Virus record (IMG/VR): IMGVR_UViG_3300022200_000032 | Coordinates: 1 to 64,000 of that record | Length of the DNA: 64,000 nucleotides | Direction: 5' to 3' (one strand) | Source of the DNA: a virus | Shown here: positions 1 to 9,625 of the stretch, piece by piece | Position numbering within the stretch: the stretch's first letter is position 1 | How the letters are laid out: each line of letters begins with the position of its first letter | Notes under the pieces: model-generated | Told to the model about the DNA's origin: nothing | The model's input: only the letters and a program-made list of their open reading frames with translations | Databases searched by the model: none | Translations under genes and position numbers: made by a program

Positions 1-42
1 GCAGTCAAGCATTACATGATAACCCCAATATTCAAACGCCAT
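1..42 (-). CDS. Partial (runs off window) second S-adenosylmethionine decarboxylase-like protein
   Basis: Not in ORF track. AAGGAG SD then ATG at 42: MAFEYWGYHVMLDC; GxHxxLDC is the typical N-terminus of class 1B pyruvoyl AdoMetDC. Overlaps end of 32..325. Confidence 0.6.
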   Translation of the reverse strand, partial: MAFEYWGYHVMLDC

Positions 43-325
43 CGTGTGCTCCTTTTGCTCTGATGAAATCAATATATTTTTGTTCAATACATGAACTTAA
101 TTCCCAGTAGAATTTGTTTTCTTCGGGGAACGTGTGAATCGCAAAATGCGACTCGCTCAAAAGCCATAGTGCTGTCCAGCCAAATGGCTCAAAAGTATGT
201 TCAACATAATTTAGGACATTAAATCCTGATTCATTTAACATACTAGAAAACTCGCTTTCGAGCTGAGAATCAGTTTTGTTATCAATTGTTTCCCAACCTT
301 GAGCGTTCCACATTTTCGCTTCCAT
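32..325 (-). CDS. speD: S-adenosylmethionine decarboxylase proenzyme (pyruvoyl-dependent, SpeD/SpeH-like)
   Basis: FEPFGWTALWLLSESHFAIHTFPE with the E-S self-cleavage site; ELSSC. Confidence 0.85.
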   Translation of the reverse strand: MEAKMWNAQGWETIDNKTDSQLESEFSSMLNESGFNVLNYVEHTFEPFGWTALWLLSESHFAIHTFPEENKFYWELSSCIEQKYIDFIRAKGAHDGV

Positions 326-398
326 TGTTTTTACATCCTTATAAGAATAAAAAAATCCACACCCCGATATAAATCAAAGTGTAGACAAAAAGTTAATT

Positions 399-405
399 TA
401 TTTAT
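399..405 (-). promoter_or_regulatory. Possible late-promoter core (TATAAATA/ATAAATA) upstream of speD
   Basis: Minus strand reads TATAAATA in an intergenic AT-rich region; matches T4-type late promoter core, but could be chance. Confidence 0.35.
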
Positions 406-439
406 ATAGAATATTAAAAAATCCTAAACTATGTATATT

Positions 440-468
440 ATTATACAAAATAATTTGGTACTTATCAA
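440..468 (-). promoter_or_regulatory. Sigma70-type early promoter for the speD operon
   Basis: Minus strand TTGATA-N17-TATAAT. Confidence 0.65.
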
Positions 469-536
469 CCCTTTCTGGTCAAATTAAAGTAAATAGCGTT
501 GTTAATATTCTTTTAACCTAGGAGGATCTATTTAAA

Positions 537-767
537 ATGAATTATGATTTTGCCACCGTTTTTAACCGTGGTTGGGATGCCGTCTTGGCAGAAGCCCAGC
601 ATAACAACGAATTTCACGCTGTCAGCCGCGATAAACTTCGTTGTATTATTAAAAACAATACTATTGCTCGCTATCCAATATGGGCAGACTGGGGTGGTAT
701 CAAGCGCGATCTAAAGAAAAACTATGGTGATACAGTAGCAGAAAAACTGCTTTATTCAATGATCTAG
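537..767 (+). CDS. Hypothetical protein (76 aa)
   Basis: GGAGG SD upstream; fills intergenic space. Confidence 0.7.
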   Translation: MNYDFATVFNRGWDAVLAEAQHNNEFHAVSRDKLRCIIKNNTIARYPIWADWGGIKRDLKKNYGDTVAEKLLYSMI

Positions 768-813
768 CGCATTAATGTTGTAAAAATACAACACTAAAAT
801 CAACAAGAAAGTG

Positions 814-842
814 TTGACGCCGCTCGTCTGTTCCCGTATAAT
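814..842 (+). promoter_or_regulatory. Sigma70-type early promoter for the MoxR operon
   Basis: TTGACG-N17-TATAAT, A-rich UP-like sequence upstream. Confidence 0.8.
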
Positions 843-915
843 ACTAGAGTAAGTTAACAAGTACATAGCACTTTCCAGGCACTTACACTTATTACACACA
901 GACAAGGAGTACGAT

Positions 916-1998
916 ATGTCCGAAGGACGCACACTTTCCGCCAAAGAGGTCAAAACCTCCATCATGCATTGCTTCAATAAGAAGCGTCCAGTATTTTTAT
1001 GGGGTCCTCCAGGCATTGGTAAGTCAGAGCTTGTTGAAGAAATTACTGATGAGCTTAATGGCTACATGATTGATATGCGTTTGAGTCAGATGGAACCCAC
1101 TGATTTACGCGGTATCCCATTCTACAATAAAGAAATTAACAAAATGGATTGGGCTGCACCAATTGATCTTCCTACAGAAGAACTAGCCAGTCAATACCCT
1201 GTTATTGTACTATTCCTTGATGAGTGTAACTCGGGTGCACCGAGTGTTATGGCAGCGGCTTACCAGCTTGTACTCAATCGTCGCATTGGCAACTATCGTT
1301 TGCCAGATAATGTTGTGATTGTCGCAGCTGGTAACCGCGAAAGTGACAAGGGCGTAACTTATCGTATGCCTATGCCACTGAGCAATCGTTTTGTACACTT
1401 CGAAATGAAGGTAGATTACGAGTCTTGGTTAGATTGGGCGGTGGAGAACAAAATCCACAAGGACGTTGTCGGTTACATTTCATTTGCTAAACAGGACTTG
1501 TATGACTTTGACTCTAAGTCAAGTTCACGTGCGTTTGCTACTCCACGTTCTTGGACGTTTGTGTCAGAACTGCTTGAAGATGATCCGGACGAAAAGACTA
1601 TGACCAATTTGGTATCTGGCGCAGTTGGTGAAGGACTTGCGCTCAAGTTTATGGCGCATCGCAAAGTAGCAGGAAAACTACCTAAGCCAGAAGACATCCT
1701 TGCTGGTAAGATTAAAGAGCTTGAAACCAAAGAAGTTTCAGCAATGTACTCACTAGTAACTTCTATGTGCTACGAGCTCAAAGATGCTGTAGAAAAGGGT
1801 GTAAACGAGAAAGATTTCCATACTATGGCCGACAACTTCTTTGGTTTTATGATGGACAACTTTGAAGTAGAACTAGTTGTAATGGGTGCTCGTGTGGCAC
1901 TTACTACATATGAGTTGCCTTTTAAGCCCACCAAGCTCAAGAATTTTGACAAATTCCATGAAAAATATGGCAAATACATCCTAAATGCTAATAACTAA
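916..1998 (+). CDS. MoxR-family AAA+ ATPase
   Basis: Walker A GPPGIGKS, Walker B VLFLDE, sensor AAGN, ATPRSW; AAGGAG SD. Confidence 0.9.
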   Translation: MSEGRTLSAKEVKTSIMHCFNKKRPVFLWGPPGIGKSELVEEITDELNGYMIDMRLSQMEPTDLRGIPFYNKEINKMDWAAPIDLPTEELASQYPVIVLFLDECNSGAPSVMAAAYQLVLNRRIGNYRLPDNVVIVAAGNRESDKGVTYRMPMPLSNRFVHFEMKVDYESWLDWAVENKIHKDVVGYISFAKQDLYDFDSKSSSRAFATPRSWTFVSELLEDDPDEKTMTNLVSGAVGEGLALKFMAHRKVAGKLPKPEDILAGKIKELETKEVSAMYSLVTSMCYELKDAVEKGVNEKDFHTMADNFFGFMMDNFEVELVVMGARVALTTYELPFKPTKLKNFDKFHEKYGKYILNANN

Positions 1999-2003
1999 TA
2001 TAA

Positions 2004-3107
2004 ATGGCACTTAGAATAATATTTGACAATACAAAAAGTAATTCATCAGCTATTGATGAATATCTAGACTTTAATAATATTGCATACAGTACACGTTCGT
2101 TTTACGACGATAATTTTAATGAATTTGGTGGTGCTTACATTATACCAGAAGATCTGTTTAACACATCAACTGTGTTAATAATTACAGTCGATGTGTTATT
2201 TTCTTTTATATCATTTGCCCCATCCAGAAAGAATTTTATAGATTTTCTGGAACACGGAAGCACCATTGTTTTTCAAGATATGGATTCGTTTGTTAATTTA
2301 AATTCTGATGAATTTAAAAAAGAAATCATTAAAATCGATGAATATATTAACGCCAATTCTTTGCATATCTTTGTTGACGCTTTGCCATCAGATAGGCACT
2401 GGATCAACAATTTAAAAAATATTTCTATAGAATATTTTAACAGTCAATTTTTTCAGATGTATAGCAGAATCACCAATGCAACTGTTGCAAAATCACCATT
2501 AGCGAAAGATTTTTTAGTCACAACTATACTTAGAAAAACTAGACCGCATAGATATAAGTTATACAAAAAACTTGAATCAAAAGAGTTTTTTGACAATAAA
2601 GGAATTTGTGTTTTCCACAATAATGGGCCTCAAGCTAGAAATAACTGGAACGGGCAAATGCGAGGGGAAAACAATTGGAACGATGGTCATGCCAGCATGG
2701 ATTTATATCTGAATGCAAATATTGAAATTGTACCAGAGACTTGTTATAAAGATGGGTATTTTTTCACAGAAAAGACTATGAAACCAATTATCACAAAAAC
2801 TCCATTCTTGATGGTGTCCAATTGTGGTTTTTTAGAATATCTTAAAAATCTAGGATTTAAAACATTTGATTCTCTTATTAACGAAAAGTACGACAAAGAG
2901 TATAATATCGATAATCGCATAGATTTACTTCTTGAATCTCTTGCTGATATTATCAAAAATGGAACAAGAGAATTTTATCTGGCAGCAGAGGATATATTAG
3001 AACATAATCAAAATCGATTATTTGAAATATCAGGGAAATATCAATATAATTTAGATATACAATTTCATAATGTATTCGAAAAATTAGAGGGATCTGGACC
3101 AAGTTGA
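2004..3107 (+). CDS. Putative GT-B glycosyltransferase (GT10/fucosyltransferase-like C-terminal motif)
   Basis: IVPET...FFTEKTMKPIITKTPFL...LGFKTFDSLINEKYD; paralogous to 11624..12745 and 12732..13940. Confidence 0.5.
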   Translation: MALRIIFDNTKSNSSAIDEYLDFNNIAYSTRSFYDDNFNEFGGAYIIPEDLFNTSTVLIITVDVLFSFISFAPSRKNFIDFLEHGSTIVFQDMDSFVNLNSDEFKKEIIKIDEYINANSLHIFVDALPSDRHWINNLKNISIEYFNSQFFQMYSRITNATVAKSPLAKDFLVTTILRKTRPHRYKLYKKLESKEFFDNKGICVFHNNGPQARNNWNGQMRGENNWNDGHASMDLYLNANIEIVPETCYKDGYFFTEKTMKPIITKTPFLMVSNCGFLEYLKNLGFKTFDSLINEKYDKEYNIDNRIDLLLESLADIIKNGTREFYLAAEDILEHNQNRLFEISGKYQYNLDIQFHNVFEKLEGSGPS

Positions 3108-3132
3108 CTTCTGTTTCAGATCCAAGTATAAT
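3104..3132 (+). promoter_or_regulatory. Sigma70-type early promoter for the vWA gene
   Basis: TTGACT-N17-TATAAT; the -35 overlaps the upstream TGA stop. Confidence 0.8.
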
Positions 3133-3165
3133 ACCTACATTAGTTAAGCATAAAGGAATTTATCT

Positions 3166-4428
3166 ATGGCCTCTGGTAACACAACGCAAAACAATGAAAG
3201 CAAAAAATTTGATAATTTAATTGGATCTACCGATCCTGCTGTTGATCGTTCCAGCCGTGAAAAACTTATTGGTGCTCGTGTGGGACTACTTCTTAACAGT
3301 CCTTTTTTTGGTAATATGGCGACTCGTTTGCAATTAAAAAATGCAGACGATTGGTGCCCTACTGCCGCCACTGATGGTCGCAATTTTTACTATAACAGTC
3401 GTTTTGTAGAAATGCTCAAACCCAAAGAGCTAGAATTTCTTTTTGGACACGAAGTATTGCATTGTTGCTATGACCACTTTGGTCGCCGTGGCGATCGTGA
3501 TCCGCAACTCTGGAACGTTGCAGACGATTACGCAGTAAATTCAGATTTAATTAAATCTAAGGTTGGTACTCGTATTACTACTGTTCCTTGTTTATACGAT
3601 CCGCAATTTGATGGTATGTGTTCCGAAGAAATTTACGATAAGCTCTACGAAAACGCTGAAAAAATTGATATTAACAAACTGTTAGAGCAAATGATCGACG
3701 AACATCTAGACGGTGATTCTGAAGGCGAAGACGGCAATGGGAAAAGTAAACCCAAGCTGAGCAAAGAAGAACGCGATTTAATTCGCGAAGAACTCAAAGA
3801 AGCAATGTTAAGTGCTGCCGAACAAGCAGGTGCTGGTAATACTCCTGCCGGGGTAAAACGTTTAATTAAATCGTTTACCGAACCAAAAATGAACTGGCGC
3901 GAACTATTACGACAACACATCCAGTCAACTATTAAAACTGATTTTAGTTGGATGCGTCCTGGTCGCAAAACTTGGCATATGGATTCAGTAATGCCAGGCA
4001 TGATTAATGGTGAAACAACCGATGTTGTAGTCGCTATCGACACATCAGGATCCATTTCAGAGACCATGTTGCGTGATTTCCTGTCTGAGATCCGTGGCAT
4101 CATGGAAGAATTTGAACAGTTTCGCTTGCATTTGTTCACATTTGACACCGATGTATACAATCCTGTAACTTACAGTTCAGAAACACTGGATAATGTAGAA
4201 GATTACGATATCCAAGGATACGGTGGCACAGACTTTACTGCTATCTTTAATTACCTAAAGCGAGAAGCTATCGAACCACAACGTCTTGTTGTATTCACAG
4301 ACGGCTATCCTTGGGGTAGTTGGGGAGATCCTGATTACTGCGACACACTTTGGATCGTACACGGCACTCGTGATGTGGAAGCACCATTTGGTATCACGGT
4401 TTATTATGATGATTCAACCAGGCATTAA
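3166..4428 (+). CDS. Metallopeptidase-like (HExxH) plus vWA domain protein (DUF2201-type), MoxR partner
   Basis: TAATDG, GHEVLH (HExxH), MIDAS DTSGS, GGTDF, VFTDG. Confidence 0.85.
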   Translation: MASGNTTQNNESKKFDNLIGSTDPAVDRSSREKLIGARVGLLLNSPFFGNMATRLQLKNADDWCPTAATDGRNFYYNSRFVEMLKPKELEFLFGHEVLHCCYDHFGRRGDRDPQLWNVADDYAVNSDLIKSKVGTRITTVPCLYDPQFDGMCSEEIYDKLYENAEKIDINKLLEQMIDEHLDGDSEGEDGNGKSKPKLSKEERDLIREELKEAMLSAAEQAGAGNTPAGVKRLIKSFTEPKMNWRELLRQHIQSTIKTDFSWMRPGRKTWHMDSVMPGMINGETTDVVVAIDTSGSISETMLRDFLSEIRGIMEEFEQFRLHLFTFDTDVYNPVTYSSETLDNVEDYDIQGYGGTDFTAIFNYLKREAIEPQRLVVFTDGYPWGSWGDPDYCDTLWIVHGTRDVEAPFGITVYYDDSTRH

Positions 4429-4433
4429 GTTTA

Positions 4434-4721
4434 ATGAAAATTGATCCGCGAGAATGGTTTGAAACACGCAAGGTGGATTGGATGCCTGTTCATTTTACTC
4501 GTATTAGTATCGATAATATAGATATTTTTATGCACGGTGAAGCCGAACAGTGGATACAAGATAATACCATTGGGAGGTATGCTATTGTTACATGTGCCGT
4601 GAGGCAAGGAAATAAGTTACTGTCCAAAGTATATGCAGGATTTGAAGAATCTGCCGAAGCAACTTACTTCACTTTATCATTCTTATCTAAATACAGAAAT
4701 TATCGTAATGATACCTTTTAA
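4434..4721 (+). CDS. Hypothetical phage protein (C-terminal ATYF motif)
   Basis: Operonic spacing; FEESAEATYFTL resembles end of 7401..7640. Confidence 0.75.
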   Translation: MKIDPREWFETRKVDWMPVHFTRISIDNIDIFMHGEAEQWIQDNTIGRYAIVTCAVRQGNKLLSKVYAGFEESAEATYFTLSFLSKYRNYRNDTF

Positions 4722-4789
4722 AAATTTTATTGGGTTCATATACACTATTAAATACACACACGCTAAAATTAAAACATCAGGAGATATAA

Positions 4790-5050
4790 ATGAGCGAAGA
4801 AAACAATATCGAAACTACCGAAACTACCGAAGCAGCCAACGCAGACGCAGTTGGCTTAAATGTTGGCGATCTAGCTGGACTGCGCCAGATTATCGCCGTT
4901 GCTGCACAACGCGGAGCATTCCGTGCAGAAGAAATGGAAGTAATTGGCCGTGTTTATAACAAGTTGAATACTTTCTTAAACAGCCTTGCGCCACAAGAAG
5001 AAGCAGCAGCAGAAGAAACAACAGAGGAATCAGCTTCCTCAGAGGAATAA
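4790..5050 (+). CDS. Hypothetical phage protein (acidic termini, QRGAFRAEE core)
   Basis: AGGAG SD; TAAATA at 4749-4754 upstream. Confidence 0.8.
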   Translation: MSEENNIETTETTEAANADAVGLNVGDLAGLRQIIAVAAQRGAFRAEEMEVIGRVYNKLNTFLNSLAPQEEAAAEETTEESASSEE

Positions 5051-5053
5051 AAT

Positions 5054-5716
5054 ATGGCATTTGTTAAACACATTGGCAAGCATGGTGATCGTAAGGTTGC
5101 TGTAATTTATCGTAAAGTTCCAGGTGAAGATCATATGGCGTTGGTTACTTATACCGAAAGTATCCCAAGTCATTTTCACGATTCAGTAATTAACTGTATC
5201 GAAAGTGCAAGTGGACAACAGGCAGAAAATCTTGCCGATGCATTAGACAGAGAGATCCTTCCAGACGGCAGAAACACTCTGCATGCCCTTCACAAAGAAG
5301 GCATGATCAAAAAAATTCCTACTAACCAAGTAGTAATTACACCAAACGCTAAAAGTCATATTCGTTTAGATGAACTTAATAGCGTTCTAGATGATCTAGC
5401 AACCGGTGGTGAAGCTGCTGAGAAATTAGCTGAAATGGACCGCAATGCTGGTTTGGTTGACCCAACTGCTAAAAAAGTTGCAGAAACTGTGCAACAAACA
5501 GCGGCAGAAGCAGGCGTAATTACTGATGAAAGTATGGCCAATGATTTGTTACAACAAAGTCAGAAAATGGCTGCCGAAGCAGAAAGTTTGTTAGCTGAAA
5601 GCAAACGGTTAGAAACAGAAGCATACGCAATGAATCCTTCATTAAAACCAAAACGTGCAACTGCAAAAAAGAAGGCCGCGACAAAGAAAAAGGTTGCTGT
5701 TAAAGCGAAAGCATAA
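5054..5716 (+). CDS. Hypothetical protein with coiled coil and Lys/Ala-rich C-terminal tail
   Basis: GAGGA SD; ends KPKRATAKKKAATKKKVAVKAKA. Confidence 0.8.
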   Translation: MAFVKHIGKHGDRKVAVIYRKVPGEDHMALVTYTESIPSHFHDSVINCIESASGQQAENLADALDREILPDGRNTLHALHKEGMIKKIPTNQVVITPNAKSHIRLDELNSVLDDLATGGEAAEKLAEMDRNAGLVDPTAKKVAETVQQTAAEAGVITDESMANDLLQQSQKMAAEAESLLAESKRLETEAYAMNPSLKPKRATAKKKAATKKKVAVKAKA

Positions 5717-5750
5717 AAACAGTCCTCACTTAACATGAGAAAAAGAATTA

Positions 5751-6062
5751 ATGTATCTGAGCGAGGACTTTTACGATAGATGGCAACACATAATCGATAA
5801 CATCGATAAAACCAATGTGCCTGTTGAATGTATTGAACGTCTTGTAATTAAACTTTATGGTGATATTGGCCCTAAGCAAAAAACAGTCAATGTTAAAATG
5901 CTTAGAGATAATGGTCTAGATCCAGAAGAAATTGAAACAATTATATCTAGAACACTTACTGAGTGGCAGGATGATATTCGTAAAGTAGATTTTTTCTTGG
6001 ATCTAGACGCCGTTGCTGATATTATTCAACCTGACACTGAACATTTTTTAAAAAATCTATGA
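5751..6062 (+). CDS. Hypothetical protein
   Basis: ATGA-coupled to the DHFR gene. Confidence 0.75.
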   Translation: MYLSEDFYDRWQHIIDNIDKTNVPVECIERLVIKLYGDIGPKQKTVNVKMLRDNGLDPEEIETIISRTLTEWQDDIRKVDFFLDLDAVADIIQPDTEHFLKNL

Positions 6063-6523
6063 AAGCAATTTTTGCATGTGATGACAAAGGTGGAATTGGT
6101 AAAGATGGTGCTATGCCGTGGCCAAAAGTTTCCGCGGATCTAAAACGATTCAAAGATCTTACAAAATATGGCGTGGTTATTATGGGCAGAGGCACCTGGG
6201 AAAGCAAGGATATGCCAACCCCACTACCAAGTCGTCGCAATGTTGTTATTAGCAGTAGAGATGATCTGGAATTGCCCAATGATGTGATCCATATGTATGA
6301 CACGTCGATGCTACACGCAACTCCGACTGCATGGATTATTGGCGGAGCAGGATTAATTAATAGCGTTTTTGATGATCTAGATTATATCTTTTTAACCCGT
6401 GTTCCAGGCGACTATGATTGTGATACACACGTTGACTTAGATAAAATTTACGAAAACTTCAAAATTGTTCACGAAGAAAAGTTTGATGATCACACATTTC
6501 AGGTATTAAACAGAAAACAATGA
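6059..6523 (+). CDS. folA: Dihydrofolate reductase
   Basis: GGIGKDGAMPW, DLKRFK, VIMGRGTWES, PLPSRRNVV, WIIGGA, CDT. Confidence 0.95.
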   Translation: MKAIFACDDKGGIGKDGAMPWPKVSADLKRFKDLTKYGVVIMGRGTWESKDMPTPLPSRRNVVISSRDDLELPNDVIHMYDTSMLHATPTAWIIGGAGLINSVFDDLDYIFLTRVPGDYDCDTHVDLDKIYENFKIVHEEKFDDHTFQVLNRKQ

Positions 6524-7404
6524 AGGAATATAATGACGCTCTTAAAGAAGTTCTCGATCGCGGGCAAGACCGCACTGACCGCACTGGTGTCGGGACTCGC
6601 AGCATATTTGGTCTTCAAACTCGTTATAATATCCGTGGGCATTTCCCTGCTGTCACTACTAAACGGTTAGCATGGAAGGCTGTTGTTTCAGAACTGCTAT
6701 GGTTTATCGAAGGGTCAGGTGATGAACGTAGACTAGCAGAAATTCTACACGGCACACGCGATCCAGAAAAGAAAACTATTTGGACTGCTAACGCAGAAGC
6801 AAACTACTGGGCGCCAAAAGCACAATGCCCAGGCGACTTAGGTCGTGTTTATGGCGTACAGTGGCGGACTTGGCGCAAGTTTAATAATTATTCCAATGAA
6901 TCAGATTTAGAAGTTGGTCATTATCAAGAAATTGATCAACTTCAAAATTTAATTGAAGGTATCAAGCGCGATCCATTTGGACGCAGACATATTTTAACTG
7001 CTTGGAATCCTGGTGAATTAGACCAAATGGCACTTCCGCCATGTCACGTGTTAAGCCAGTTTTATGTAAGTGACGATGGCGAATTAAGTTGCCAAATGTA
7101 TCAGCGTTCAGCAGATATGTTCCTAGGTGTTCCATTTAATATTGCTAGCTATAGTTTGCTCACATACATAATTGCACAGGTATGTGATTTAACACCTGGT
7201 ACATTTGTACATACCATTGGTGACGCTCACATCTATCTCAATCACATAGGTCAAGTTAAAGAACAATTATCTAGAGATCCATTACCTCTGCCAACTTTAT
7301 GGCTTAATCCAGATATTAAACGTATCGACAACTTTGCAATGGATGATATTCAGCTTCAAAATTACGAATCCCATCCGCCTATCAAAGCCCCGATGGCAGT
7401 ATGA
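6520..7404 (+). CDS. thyA: Thymidylate synthase (ThyA)
   Basis: DRTGVGT, ELLWF, YGVQWR, MALPPCH, YQRSADMFLGVPFNIASY, GDAHIYLNH, C-terminal MAV. Confidence 0.97.
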   Translation: MKEYNDALKEVLDRGQDRTDRTGVGTRSIFGLQTRYNIRGHFPAVTTKRLAWKAVVSELLWFIEGSGDERRLAEILHGTRDPEKKTIWTANAEANYWAPKAQCPGDLGRVYGVQWRTWRKFNNYSNESDLEVGHYQEIDQLQNLIEGIKRDPFGRRHILTAWNPGELDQMALPPCHVLSQFYVSDDGELSCQMYQRSADMFLGVPFNIASYSLLTYIIAQVCDLTPGTFVHTIGDAHIYLNHIGQVKEQLSRDPLPLPTLWLNPDIKRIDNFAMDDIQLQNYESHPPIKAPMAV

Positions 7405-7640
7405 CACGCATTAAAATTTTAGAATTTAATGTTGGCGATGTAGATAATCTCGATCTCGTTGCTAGCATGATTGTTGAAAGCAAACTTAAAGGCACAAAGC
7501 AAGGGCAATGGGCTCTTGACAATTCTAAAGATATACGTTATAGTATTTCAGAACAAGCTGAAGTTTTAAACTATATTATTCGCGTAGAAGCAGAAGTAGA
7601 AGATTCTGCTGCGACTTATTTTAATTTGCGTTGGGGATAA
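7401..7640 (+). CDS. Hypothetical phage protein (C-terminal ATYF motif)
   Basis: ATGA-coupled to thyA; ends AATYFNLRWG. Confidence 0.75.
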   Translation: MTRIKILEFNVGDVDNLDLVASMIVESKLKGTKQGQWALDNSKDIRYSISEQAEVLNYIIRVEAEVEDSAATYFNLRWG

Positions 7641-7641
7641 C

Positions 7642-8598
7642 ATGAGAGCAATGGTTGTAGGTGGTGCTGGGTTTATTGGGCACCACGTAGTCAAAGAACT
7701 TCGAGATTTAGATCACGAATGTATCGTCCTAGATAATTGGACTACCTACGGTATCCTAGAACCCAAAGCACATCAAAAGTTAATCGACGAACGCATTGAT
7801 TATATGGGACACCCTACAATGTGTCCGTGGGATATTGCTAGTACCAATCATATTAACTCGAGTTTTGAACGACATAACCCCGACGTTGTTATCCACTTAG
7901 CAAGTTTTCCACGTGCTAAAATTGTGAACACTAATCCATTGATGGCTCGTCATACTATGATTGATGGGCTAGAAAACCTGTTAACTGCGTCAGTTAATAC
8001 AGGTGTTAAGCGTTTTGTGTATATTAGTTCATCTATGGTATATGGCGACTTTGAAGGTGGCGTCACTGAAGATACTCCGTGTAAGCCTGGAAGCATTTAT
8101 GCTGCATACAAACACGCAGGCGAACTATTAACTAAACACTTTGCAGATAAGCACGATATGGATTATGCTGTTGTGCGTCCAAGTGCTGTGTATGGTCCTC
8201 GCGATGTCGAGGATCGCGTAGTAAGCAAGTTCTTTATGAACGCCATTCAGGATAAACCACTTAATGTAAATGGTATAAATGAAAAACTAGACTTCTCATT
8301 TGTAGAAGACGTAGCGCACGGTATTGTACTTGCTGCTACACATCCACTTGCTATGAATGAAACATTTAATATCACACGGGGCGAAGAGGACACTATCCTA
8401 CGTGCTGCTGAACTTGTTCGAGCAATTGTAGGCAAGGGCGATATTAATGTGCGCGAACGTGATATGAGTATGCCATCCCGTGGATACCTGAGTACAGACA
8501 AAGCATACCGGTTATTAAACTACGAACCACGTACTAACATAGATCAAGGATTCCCGCTTTATTATGAGTGGATTCAAAATTCCCTTCTTCGGGCTTGA
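7642..8598 (+). CDS. NAD-dependent NDP-sugar epimerase/dehydratase (extended SDR)
   Basis: GGAGFIG, HLAS, ISSSMVYG, YAAYK, RPSAVYGP, DFSFVED. Confidence 0.92.
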   Translation: MRAMVVGGAGFIGHHVVKELRDLDHECIVLDNWTTYGILEPKAHQKLIDERIDYMGHPTMCPWDIASTNHINSSFERHNPDVVIHLASFPRAKIVNTNPLMARHTMIDGLENLLTASVNTGVKRFVYISSSMVYGDFEGGVTEDTPCKPGSIYAAYKHAGELLTKHFADKHDMDYAVVRPSAVYGPRDVEDRVVSKFFMNAIQDKPLNVNGINEKLDFSFVEDVAHGIVLAATHPLAMNETFNITRGEEDTILRAAELVRAIVGKGDINVRERDMSMPSRGYLSTDKAYRLLNYEPRTNIDQGFPLYYEWIQNSLLRA

Positions 8599-9625
8599 AC
8601 GCCAGCACGCTTATTTAAAAGACGAATTACTAGAAGCAACCGACCGTGTTCTTGCTAGTGGGCAATGGATGGCTGGCGAAAACACAGAACAACTCGAGCA
8701 GTGGCTAGCACATAAAAATCATAGCCAGTACGCAATCACTACACACTCGGGCACTATTGCACTAGAAGCAATCGCAAAATACTACGAACGTTCTAATTAT
8801 ATTCCTGTTAAACGTGTGTTAATTCCTACACTAACATTTCCTGCTACTGCTAATGCATTTATTAATTCAGGATGGGATGTTGAGTTTTTAGATTGTAATC
8901 GTAATGGACAAGTGGAATGGCACAAACATGTGGATGGTAGCACAGAAGGTATTGCTGTTGGAGTTGGGTTATATGGCGAGTCAGTTTGGAATCATCCGCA
9001 TCTACCATTTATTGAGGATGGCGCACAGCATTGGTTAGCAGATGATTGCAGGCATCAAGGGTTAGCAACCACTATTTCATTTGATCCTACTAAAAACTTA
9101 CCTAGCACAGGCAACGGTGGCGCTATTGTTACTAATTCGGAAGTTATGTATGAATGGTTAAAGGGATACTTTAATCACGGAAAACATCACGTTCCATTTG
9201 CAGGCACAAACGCACGCATGAGCGAATTAGAAGCAGCACACTTATTGGTTCGTAAGAACTACTTGTTGGATTGGCAAAATAAGCGTCGGGCTATTGCTAA
9301 ACACTGGATCTATCGCTTTTCAGATACACCAGTTCGTGTTGTTATGAGCGATGTTATGTCGCACGGACTACAGAAATTTGTTATTGAAGTTGATAATAGA
9401 GATTATATACGAGTTCAGCTAGCAAGTGATGGTATCGAAACTCGCATTCATTATGAAAAGCCATTGCACGAACTAAAGCAATATGAAAAGTATAAAGGGC
9501 CAAACATGATGAGTGTTGCTAGTAGTTTAACTAGACGTGTATTAAGTTTGCCGTTTTATCCTGATTTGTCCGGCGACGAAGTAGAGTTTATAGCTGAACG
9601 GGTTCTACATTATACACGGAAATAA
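8564..9625 (+). CDS. DegT/DnrJ/EryC1/StrS PLP-dependent sugar aminotransferase
   Basis: SGTIAL, TFPATANA, IEDGAQ, SFDPTKNL (PLP Lys), GTNARMSE, LSLPFYP. Confidence 0.92.
   Translation: MSGFKIPFFGLERQHAYLKDELLEATDRVLASGQWMAGENTEQLEQWLAHKNHSQYAITTHSGTIALEAIAKYYERSNYIPVKRVLIPTLTFPATANAFINSGWDVEFLDCNRNGQVEWHKHVDGSTEGIAVGVGLYGESVWNHPHLPFIEDGAQHWLADDCRHQGLATTISFDPTKNLPSTGNGGAIVTNSEVMYEWLKGYFNHGKHHVPFAGTNARMSELEAAHLLVRKNYLLDWQNKRRAIAKHWIYRFSDTPVRVVMSDVMSHGLQKFVIEVDNRDYIRVQLASDGIETRIHYEKPLHELKQYEKYKGPNMMSVASSLTRRVLSLPFYPDLSGDEVEFIAERVLHYTRK

Noticed and set aside
6520-7404. ThyA as a dCMP/dUMP hydroxymethylase feeding DNA hypermodification, or intron-containing
   Set aside because: Retains the dUMP-specifying Asn (PFNIASY), is coupled to DHFR, and is full-length and uninterrupted.
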